Translations under genes and position numbers: made by a program
Notes under the pieces: model-generated
Database searches by the model: none
The model's input: only the letters and a program-made list of their open reading frames with translations
What the model was told of the DNA's origin: nothing
In this document: positions 49,801-57,083 of the stretch, in pieces
Numbering within the stretch: the stretch's first letter is position 1
Layout of the letters: each line of letters begins with the position of its first letter
NCBI GenBank assembly: GCA_040218735.1
Contig: JAVJQW010000046.1
Coordinates: 128,001 to 192,000 of the forward strand
Reading direction: 5' to 3'
DNA length: 64,000 nucleotides
From: Deltaproteobacteria bacterium
Lineage (GTDB): Bacteria > Myxococcota > Kuafuiibacteriia > Kuafuiibacteriales > Kuafuiibacteriaceae

Positions 49801-51851
49801 TTCGCGATGCGCTCCTCGCGTTCCTCGACCAGGGGACGGAGCGGCTCTTGGCGGTGCGCACGTCGGCGGCGCGGCGTCTGTTCGCGTGCGGGGTGCGTCG
49901 TGCGTTCCCGCTGGCGCTCACGGCGGCGCTCGACGCGTGGGAGCGCCTCGCGCCGGGGGTGCAGGCGGGGCCGTTTGCTTCGTTGAATCCGCAGTGCGCC
50001 GAGGAGGCCGCGACGTGTGTCGTCACGGCGGGGCGCAGCGGGGCGACGCGCCGGTTGCTCGACGAGCTCGAGCGGATGAGCCCGATGGACAACCAAGAGG
50101 CGCTCACCGCGATCCTCGCGCAGGCCGAGACGAAGGAGATCCAGGAGCGTGCGCTCCGGGCGCTCAGCCGTGACCTGTCGTCCCAGGGGCGCGTACGTCG
50201 GCTCGCGGAGATCTTCGCGTGGGGCGCCAAGGAGTCGCGGTTGCTCGTCGGCTCCGCCTACCGCGTGCACCTGATCGGCGGCGACGCGTACGGCTACACC
50301 CGCCTCGAAGAGAAGTCGATCTACGTGAACCCGATGGCGTTCCTCCGCGGCCACCGCGACGGGGAGGGGGTGCTGCGCGGTCTCATCCTCCACGAGCTCG
50401 GTCACCACATGTTCCACGCCGACAAACCGGCGCTGAAGATCTGGAAGGACGCCGAGCGAGAGAAGCGGCACTCGCTGTTGAACCTCGTCGCCGACGAACA
50501 CCTGGAGCGAAACCTCCGCGCGCGGCGAACGGAGCACGGCGACTACCTGAAGACGCTCGCGGCGCACGCGTTTCAGCACCAGCGTCGCGCGGTCGAGGTC
50601 ATGGAGCTCGCGCAGCGCCTCGGGCCGCACACGTTCGCGGTGTTGTCGGCGGCCCGGTTGGAGGTCGCGCGTTCGCCGGCGCAGGTCGAGGTCGCGCTCG
50701 GGATGTTGTTCCGCGAGATGGAGCGGAGCGGCACGAGCTTCGTGCGCTTCGTGCGTGCGTTGCGGATGGGGCTCGGCGATCGCTACGGCGATCCGAAGGT
50801 GAAGGAAGCGCTCGCGCTGTTCGACAAGTCGTTCAGGAAGTCGTCGATGGAGCAGCTCTGGTCGATCACCAAGAAGCTGATCGAGATCTTCGGCGAGGAG
50901 GCGAAGCTCATCGAGGTCCTCGATCTGCACGACAACGCCAACGGCACCGGGAGCGGAGTGGAAGGCGACGCGCGCGCGCGGCGGGGCGTCGACGACGAGT
51001 CCGTGCAGCGCGAGGTCGATCGCATCCTCGACGGCGACAAGACCAAACCCAAACACGGCGACCGCACGATCAACCGGAGCGAGGACGAGTCGTTCGACGA
51101 GATCCGCGACATCCAGCGCGTCGCCCCCGAGCCGGAGCAGCACCGCGATGGCGTTCGACGCGTCGCGCGTGCGGCGCGGCGCCTGCGCGAGGTGCTGAAG
51201 GTGTTGGGTCTGCAGCTCGAGCCGAGGCGTGCCCGGCTGAAGGGGCGCAAGGTGGATCGCGGTGGGTTGCCGCGCGCGATCGTTCGACGGGATCCGCGGA
51301 TGCTCGTCGCGCGCGAGGCCGTGCAGCGCGCCGACCTTTCGCTGTCGGTGTTGATCGATTGCTCGGGGTCGATGTCGCTCGACCAGAACCTCGAGAAGGC
51401 GAAGCTGTTCGGCCTCTTGATCGCCGAAGCGTGCCGCGGGTTACGCGGGGTCGACGCGACCTTCTGGGGCTTCTCGGACGTGTCGATCTTCGACGCGGGC
51501 TCCGCGGAGCGCTGCGCGGTGTCCGGCCTCACGCTGCAGGGCGGCAACAACGACGCGGGGGCGCTGTGGCACGTCGCCCAGGTGGGGCGCCGTTCGACGC
51601 GCCGCGCGAAGGTGCTCGTGATGATCAGCGACGGCTCCCCGACGGAGTGCTCGGTGGCGGCGCTGCGGGCGCTCGTGCGCAAGCTGGAGCGGCGCTACGG
51701 CTACGTGTGTGCGCAGGTGGCGGTGCGCCGGCTCGACGAGGAGTGCTTCACGCACCACATCGACCTCATCGACGACGACCTCGACCGCGCCGTGCGGCGG
51801 TTCTCGAAGGTCGTGTCGCGGCTGGTGCGTCAGGCCTTGTCAGGCGCGTGA
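46869..51851 (+). CDS. HEAT-repeat / zincin-like metallopeptidase / VWA domain protein
   Basis: N-terminal HEAT repeats, LILHELGHH...NLVADEHLE, MIDAS DCSGSM, ISDG. Confidence 0.85.
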   Translation: MRDLWLYDRLAADVIDRELLGELTELAAQRHTVRAPFLARLYPHATHEDPELRATIVACFAGVEGYEGLRVIVRALNDEIAQVRDAAVTALLKTGARANLRLAHGLFHHRPDVRARVVAESSVPGALAAHLLADPASRDVVIERAPQLIHGGDGVETIVMLHTTGVVPREVTRAALLALEWDERTQPLLEGLPIGVLPLLPKNRAALDESLQAESNDRLDVVLRLVGDDAGFVERFVRGAKRRSVQGAQGLRVAWSIARVVASFEDPPPEMIALSAAHLPLLLAHPVLEVGVAKAAARLIAELRPKADLEDPLADVFGTPVCLDGAMLDLDVISGILMLSKVPPVVSIATYGTIAEWEAAIRANPRAGVPLLAQTPPSKHAKLFRELVGALLVSPRRDAELVLDVVATVSNVRSELYFLEEAASRDRDLVWLLVQTAMRREREGSFALSNVQRSRLVTWLAARLDAAQLDTLMIHVATRAQVEGQTLADEIVCAASRARGEGVADRVAAFAVEHQRAVLMWTRRFAHFPSAVFFAIAGRLAASPDAEVRALAQIVQAPASPEMRMTEERSDVRALTEEETDAILAADSADLFSALRVVYTHPVRGVARALLDRKEAAPSPRIAAAILFGFDDPVLTSRAFSRYTEDEETFWSTLETEMVDRGRRAPFIPLIAAAWLHRWEIPLQSLEREVLAHPEGPSAVLRASLYWPAPLLVTQVWCGFARLAAVWRMRDHERFARVFDEDLGRMVAIQVHLHGVPAARILVEMFLGGVEADVMERLQHLVVALLDRTTEVTRAELSRWFDTDVSGAHAVATEVATDETLVAEAMRTDDPARLAELAACDQLFVARAALPRIDEPQHLVARVRSGAVGFGRHVAERLLAIADPATLDALLGEDVDPALRFALGMARLPDEPEVWPRLAAAICAPSGRRWFLDDDLTAIRDAGVLEHRIGCDLATSDQLAAYAEAVRILVESEMGGEVRDALLAFLDQGTERLLAVRTSAARRLFACGVRRAFPLALTAALDAWERLAPGVQAGPFASLNPQCAEEAATCVVTAGRSGATRRLLDELERMSPMDNQEALTAILAQAETKEIQERALRALSRDLSSQGRVRRLAEIFAWGAKESRLLVGSAYRVHLIGGDAYGYTRLEEKSIYVNPMAFLRGHRDGEGVLRGLILHELGHHMFHADKPALKIWKDAEREKRHSLLNLVADEHLERNLRARRTEHGDYLKTLAAHAFQHQRRAVEVMELAQRLGPHTFAVLSAARLEVARSPAQVEVALGMLFREMERSGTSFVRFVRALRMGLGDRYGDPKVKEALALFDKSFRKSSMEQLWSITKKLIEIFGEEAKLIEVLDLHDNANGTGSGVEGDARARRGVDDESVQREVDRILDGDKTKPKHGDRTINRSEDESFDEIRDIQRVAPEPEQHRDGVRRVARAARRLREVLKVLGLQLEPRRARLKGRKVDRGGLPRAIVRRDPRMLVAREAVQRADLSLSVLIDCSGSMSLDQNLEKAKLFGLLIAEACRGLRGVDATFWGFSDVSIFDAGSAERCAVSGLTLQGGNNDAGALWHVAQVGRRSTRRAKVLVMISDGSPTECSVAALRALVRKLERRYGYVCAQVAVRRLDEECFTHHIDLIDDDLDRAVRRFSKVVSRLVRQALSGA

Positions 51852-51927
51852 GAGCGCGCACGATCGGCAGTCGGAGGGTGGGTGCTCGGTCTATTTCAGC
51901 GAGCGAACACTCGAGGAGACCAACCCG

Positions 51928-52707
51928 ATGAAATCCAAAACAATCCTACTCTCTGCCGTCCTGGTCACCCCCCTGCTCGCAGGCGCCGAAGGCGGCTGCG
52001 GTGGCGCCATCAACTCCATGACCGACGCTCCGTCGATGAACGGGACGTGGGACATCACGTACGACGACCGCCTCGACATCGAGGTGAAGCTCGGCGGCGC
52101 GGTCTACACGGAGACGCTCCCTTCCTCGGGTGGCAGCTTCACGATCGATCACGCGGGCACGCCGATCACGTTCGACCTCGACTGCGCGAAGCCGGAGGTC
52201 ATCTGCCCGAGTGAGACGTGGCCGATGTCCGTCCAAGCCGAGCACCGGAACGCGCGCTTCCCGCACCGGTTCTTCGTGAGCATCCCGCGCCAGTCTTGCG
52301 ACGGTACGCTCGTCGATCCCGACACGTCGGAGTGCGGCGCGGGCACGAGCAACCCGGATTGTGGTCAGGTCTGCGACGGCGAGATGAAGACGACGAACAC
52401 CGATCACTTCGGCGTGGTGAACGAGGCCGGCACCGCGTTCGACCTGCTCCTCGGCGCCGGCGTCGCGACCAACGGCATCAACTGCGCGCTCCTCGGTATC
52501 TCCGCCGCCAAGGCGAACCTCGAGACCTCGGGGTCCAGCACCGACGGTGACTGGGAGGCGACGGGCATGAAGGACGGCGAGGTCGCGGTCGCGTACACGG
52601 GCGGGTGCCTGTGGGCGGGTGATCCGAACGACGACGGGACGATCGAAGCGCTGACGATCGGCGCGCAGCTGAAGTTCACGACCGGCTTCGAAGGCAGCCG
52701 CCGGTAG
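51928..52707 (+). CDS. Cys-rich exported protein/lipoprotein
   Basis: GAGGAG RBS; LLAGAEGGC signal; multiple Cys. Confidence 0.8.
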   Translation: MKSKTILLSAVLVTPLLAGAEGGCGGAINSMTDAPSMNGTWDITYDDRLDIEVKLGGAVYTETLPSSGGSFTIDHAGTPITFDLDCAKPEVICPSETWPMSVQAEHRNARFPHRFFVSIPRQSCDGTLVDPDTSECGAGTSNPDCGQVCDGEMKTTNTDHFGVVNEAGTAFDLLLGAGVATNGINCALLGISAAKANLETSGSSTDGDWEATGMKDGEVAVAYTGGCLWAGDPNDDGTIEALTIGAQLKFTTGFEGSRR

Positions 52708-52708
52708 G

Positions 52709-55700
52709 TCACCGTAACGACCGATCCAGATCCTGCGCGCGGTCCTGAATCCAGCGGCCGCGCGCGAGCTGGTTCCACGCCTCGAAGCGCTCGACGATCG
52801 CGAACACTTCGTTCAGCGCGTCGCGCGCCGCCGCCGCATCCCCCGCCATCTCGCGCGCCGTCGCGTAGATCAGCAGCGCTTCGGCCAGGTTCACGCCGTT
52901 GTCGATCGTCTCGGAGCGACGCCAGCGTCGTGAGAACGACTCGACGCTCAACGCCGCCTCGTTCGCCGCCTCGAACGGGGCGAAGCGCGCGAGTTGGAGT
53001 CGCGCGCTCCCAAGGTGCGCGTGACCGAAGTAGTAGCTGAAGCGTGGGTTCGTCGGGTCGAGCTTCATCTGCGCGTCCATCGCCGCGAGCGCTTGCGCGA
53101 ACTGAGACTGTGCGGCGTCGAGCTCCCCGGCGTGAATCAAAGCCTCGCCGAGGCCGCAGCGCGCGACGACGATGCGCAAGTGTGTCGCGCGGCGCCCGGG
53201 CCGTTCTCGCTGCGCGATCTCCAGGACGTCGAGCGCGCGCGTGAGCTCGACGCGCGCCTGCTCGAACCGACGCGCTTCGGCCGCGTACTCCCCGGCCCGC
53301 AGGTGCAGCCAAGACCGACCGTCGACCGCCGCGAGGGCGTCCTGGGGCGCGCGTCGCTCGGACGCGGCGCGTGCCCGATCGAGCTCGGCGAAGGCCTCGT
53401 CGACTTCGCCCATGCGGGACGCGAGCGTCGCGCGGCCGACGTGCATCCGGACGAGGCGCTCGAGGTCCTCGTCGTCAGGCGTCGCCTCCAACAGAGGAGC
53501 GAGCAGGCGCTCGTAGGCCTCGGTCGCCTCCACCGCGGTCTCGAAGGGGCCGACGCCTTCACACAGTGACTGCTGATCGCCGAGCACGTCGATCAGGATG
53601 CGCCGCGCGGCGACGTCGTCTGCGTCGGCCTGGACGACGGGGACGAGCAGCTCGCGCGCGTCCGCGTTGCGCGTGCGCGCGAGCGCGTAGTCGAGGTCAC
53701 TTCGGTCCTGCCAGTGCAGCTCGCGCAGCGTCTTCGCCAGCTCCAGCTTCGCGTCGACGGAGTCGGGCGCGAGCGCGACGCGGCGTCGACCGAGGCGCTC
53801 CGCTTCGAGGAGCTCGCGCACCGCGAGGTCGTGCGCTTCGTAGCGGCTCGCGAGGCTCGCGCGTTTGCGGTGGCTCCGCACGCGACTCGCGATGACCTCC
53901 AAGGACGAACCGTCGTCACCGTTCAGTCGGTCGAGCAGATCGCCGGCGGTGTCGAGGAGCTCACCCCGCGCGCCGCTCGTCCCGGGGATGCGCGCGAGCT
54001 GGTCGTCGAGATCGTGCACGAGCCGGTCGGCGACTTGCTTGGCCTCGGCGCGGCGTCGCTCCGCGATCACCCGCTGTGCTTCGGCCTCGGCGCGTTCGAA
54101 CATCGCCCACACCGCGAGCACGAGCGCGAGCGCGAGCGCGACGGAGAGCGCGAAGACCCGTCGACGAAACTCGCGCGCGCTACGCGAGCGTCGCAGCTCC
54201 TCCGCGGCGACGGCCGCGTCCACGAACGCCCGCGCCGTGCGGTCCTCGGCCTCCGCGCTCCGGTAGTACGCGAGCTGTCCGCCCCGCGGCAGACCATCTT
54301 CGGGGCGTCCCGCCGTGTGCCACGCGAGCGCCGCCGTGCGCAGCTCTTCTCGTCGCTCGAGATCACGACGGCTCGCGTCGACCCACCGACGCAGCTGTGG
54401 CCACTTGTCGAGCAGCGCTTCGTGCACGAGGTCGACGTGATCGTCGGCGACGACGATCAGCCGCGCATCCGCGAGGCTCGAGAGGACACGCTTCGCTTCC
54501 GCCCCGCCCCCGGCGGCTTCGACCGCGCGCTCGTAGGGGATCGTGCGTCGCACGTCGGGCTGGTCTCGGCCGCTCACGACCAGCGCGAGCATCAACGTGC
54601 GCGCCCGAACGCGCCCCTCTTCTCCGAGCGCTTCCAGGACCGCGTCGGCGCTCCGCGCGAGCGCGCCGCCGAGGCCGCCGATCCGCTCGTACGCCTCCAC
54701 CGTGATCGTTCGACCGCCGCAGTCCACCCACAGCGTTCGCAGCGCGTGGCTCACCAGCGGCAGCGAGCCGGGTTCGTTGCCGGCGTCCGCGATGATGCGG
54801 TCCGGGAGCTCGGGCGCCCACGTCGTCCCGGTCAACGCGGCGGGGCCGACGATCGCTTGGCGGAGCGCAGCCCCGGTGAGCGGGCGTAGCTGGTAGCGCG
54901 CGGCCGCGTCGTTGAGCAGCGGTCCGAGCCCGGGGAGCCGGCTGACCTCCTGCGCGAAGTCGGTGCGCATCGTCGTGACGAGATAGATCGGCGCGTCGAG
55001 GGTGACGGCGTCGGTGAGCCAGCGATCGAGCTCGAGCGCCGCTCGGGTCTCGGGTGCGCGGAACAGCTCTTCGAGCTGGTCGACCACGATCAGCAGACCT
55101 TCGTCGGAGTCGAGATCCTCCGCGACCTCGCGGACTGGATCGTCCGAGGTGGTCCCGAGCGCCGCGCGAAGCGCACCGGCGGGATCGTCGCCGGGCCGAA
55201 TCACCGCGGCGCGCCAGCTCGTCGGCCCGCCGGCGATCCACCCGCAGCGGATGGCGGGGAGGAGGCCGGCCCGGACCACCGACGACTTGCCCACGCCGCT
55301 CGCGCCCTCCACGGCGAGCCACCGGCGGCTCGGCCCCATCCGGGCGACGAGCTCGCGAATCTCGTGGCTGCGTCCGAAGAAGAAGAGCGACTGGTCCTCG
55401 CGGAACGCGGCGAGGCCGGGGAAGGGCTCGCGGTCGTCGGTCGCTTCGATCTCGACGACCGACCGGGTGCCCACGCCGTGCGCGGCGGCGATCCGCCGGA
55501 CCTCCGCGAGCACGGCGGAGGCCGAGGCCGGGCGCCCGTCGGGCGTCGGGGCGAGGCAGCGGCGCACCAGATCGTCGAGGGCCGGCGGCACGTCTCTTGT
55601 GGTCGTCCGTAGCGACGCCGCCCCGATCGGAGCGGCGTCGTCCTCGAAGGGGCGCTCGCCGCTGAGCATCTCGTACGCGATCACACCGATCGCGAAGACG

Positions 55701-56395
55701 TCGGCGCGTTCGTCGTTCGCCTCACCGCGCACGCGCTCGGGCGCCATGTACCCGGGCGTTCCGATTCGGTCGTTGGCACCGATGCCTTGCCAGGCGCGCT
55801 CGTCCGCGGTCGCGATGCCGAAGTCGAGGACCTTGAGGCGCCCGTCCGCGCAGGAGAAGACGTTCGCCGGTTTGAGATCGCGGTGCACGATCCCGCTGTC
55901 GTGCGCGTACGCGACGCCCTGGCAGAGACCGTCGAGCAGCTCCAGCGCCCCCTCGACGGACAACGCCCCACGCTGGATGCGTTCGAAGAGTGTCTCCCCC
56001 TCCAGCAGCTCCATGACGAGGAATGGCGTTCCCGTCCACTTCGACTCGATCGCCTCGCGGCCTCGGTACAACGTACGGGCCGTCTTCACGTCGTGCACCA
56101 CGACGATGTTCGGGTGCGGAAGTCGCGCGGTGATCCGCGCTTCGCGTTGGAAGGTTCGGACGTACGTGCGGCGCTGCTCGGCACCGAGTCGGCTCAGGTG
56201 ACTCGGCGCCATCAGCTTGAGCGCGACGCGTCGGCCCAGCTTTCGATCCACCGCTTCGTACACCGCGCCGAACCCGCCGGCGCCGACGCGTCGAAGGATC
56301 TGGTAGCGCTTGCCGATCCGCGTCCCGCGCTCGAGCGGGGGCTCGGGCGCTCGCAAGGCATCTTGCATCCAGCTCGACAGGCCGTAGCCGCTCAT
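52709..56395 (-). CDS. Ser/Thr kinase - nSTAND1-type NTPase - TM - TPR protein
   Basis: GAGGFGAVY, HRDLKPAN, DFG; PFPGL..F, FFGR, GASGVGKSS, VVDQLEELF, LVHEALL..WP.L. Confidence 0.9.
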   Translation of the reverse strand: MSGYGLSSWMQDALRAPEPPLERGTRIGKRYQILRRVGAGGFGAVYEAVDRKLGRRVALKLMAPSHLSRLGAEQRRTYVRTFQREARITARLPHPNIVVVHDVKTARTLYRGREAIESKWTGTPFLVMELLEGETLFERIQRGALSVEGALELLDGLCQGVAYAHDSGIVHRDLKPANVFSCADGRLKVLDFGIATADERAWQGIGANDRIGTPGYMAPERVRGEANDERADVFAIGVIAYEMLSGERPFEDDAAPIGAASLRTTTRDVPPALDDLVRRCLAPTPDGRPASASAVLAEVRRIAAAHGVGTRSVVEIEATDDREPFPGLAAFREDQSLFFFGRSHEIRELVARMGPSRRWLAVEGASGVGKSSVVRAGLLPAIRCGWIAGGPTSWRAAVIRPGDDPAGALRAALGTTSDDPVREVAEDLDSDEGLLIVVDQLEELFRAPETRAALELDRWLTDAVTLDAPIYLVTTMRTDFAQEVSRLPGLGPLLNDAAARYQLRPLTGAALRQAIVGPAALTGTTWAPELPDRIIADAGNEPGSLPLVSHALRTLWVDCGGRTITVEAYERIGGLGGALARSADAVLEALGEEGRVRARTLMLALVVSGRDQPDVRRTIPYERAVEAAGGGAEAKRVLSSLADARLIVVADDHVDLVHEALLDKWPQLRRWVDASRRDLERREELRTAALAWHTAGRPEDGLPRGGQLAYYRSAEAEDRTARAFVDAAVAAEELRRSRSAREFRRRVFALSVALALALVLAVWAMFERAEAEAQRVIAERRRAEAKQVADRLVHDLDDQLARIPGTSGARGELLDTAGDLLDRLNGDDGSSLEVIASRVRSHRKRASLASRYEAHDLAVRELLEAERLGRRRVALAPDSVDAKLELAKTLRELHWQDRSDLDYALARTRNADARELLVPVVQADADDVAARRILIDVLGDQQSLCEGVGPFETAVEATEAYERLLAPLLEATPDDEDLERLVRMHVGRATLASRMGEVDEAFAELDRARAASERRAPQDALAAVDGRSWLHLRAGEYAAEARRFEQARVELTRALDVLEIAQRERPGRRATHLRIVVARCGLGEALIHAGELDAAQSQFAQALAAMDAQMKLDPTNPRFSYYFGHAHLGSARLQLARFAPFEAANEAALSVESFSRRWRRSETIDNGVNLAEALLIYATAREMAGDAAAARDALNEVFAIVERFEAWNQLARGRWIQDRAQDLDRSLR

Positions 56396-56991
56396 CCCAG
56401 GCCAGCCTCTTCGGCCTTCGCCTTGAGGCGTCGCGTCGCGCGCGAGAGCCGTTGACGCACCGTGGCCTCACTGAGGGGCGCGTCGGGTGTCGACAACCGC
56501 TCGGCGATCTGCGCGCACGAACACTCCTGCCGAAAACGAAGGAGGATGAGTGACGCGTCCTGCGGCCGGAGCTCGGCGAGCACCGACTCCAGGGCCTCGA
56601 CGCGCTTCTCGCGCTCGTCGCGATCGCGCAGGTTCGTGCTGGGGCCGGGGCCGGTGGCCTGGATCATCGCCGCCTCTCGCGTCTCGAGGCGCTGCTCGTG
56701 CGCACGGCGTCGCGCGCGCTTCGCGAGGTGTCGGTAGGCCTCGCGTCGGGTGATGCGGAACAGCCAGGCCCGCAGCCGGCGTTCAGCGTCTTCCTCGGAG
56801 CGGTCGACCTTGCCCAGGTGGCGGAACGTTCGGACCAGGACCGCCTGGAAGACCTCGTCCACCTCGGCCTCCGCGTTCAGCAACTGCGACAACCACCGTC
56901 GCAGCTCTCGTTCGTGGCGCGCGACGAGCACCTCGGCCGCGCGTTCGTCGTCGTCGGCGGCGAGATGGACGAAAACCTCGTCGACGGCCAT
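56392..56991 (-). CDS. ECF RNA polymerase sigma factor
   Basis: WLFRITRRE region 2; IAERL...ATVRQRLSRA region 4; stop overlaps the kinase ATG. Confidence 0.85.
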   Translation of the reverse strand: MAVDEVFVHLAADDDERAAEVLVARHERELRRWLSQLLNAEAEVDEVFQAVLVRTFRHLGKVDRSEEDAERRLRAWLFRITRREAYRHLAKRARRRAHEQRLETREAAMIQATGPGPSTNLRDRDEREKRVEALESVLAELRPQDASLILLRFRQECSCAQIAERLSTPDAPLSEATVRQRLSRATRRLKAKAEEAGLG

Positions 56992-57047
56992 CGAAGCCCA
57001 GCGTACGGCAACCGGAGGGTCGGCCAGCGAAAAAAAGCGCGCGCCCC

Positions 57048-57075
57048 TGTCACGCGCGCCGAACTCGCCGGGTCT
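57048..57075 (+). promoter_or_regulatory. Possible ECF-type promoter
   Basis: A7 tract then TGTCAC...GGTCT upstream of GTG 57084. Confidence 0.3.
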
Positions 57076-57083
57076 GCAGCCCC

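Noticed and set aside
46854-51143. 1429-aa antisense ORF and many other long overlapping ORFs (e.g. 56877-59282, 39221-40798)
   Set aside because: Shadow frames of high-GC genes; Arg/Ala-rich, no motifs, and the opposite strand encodes recognisable proteins
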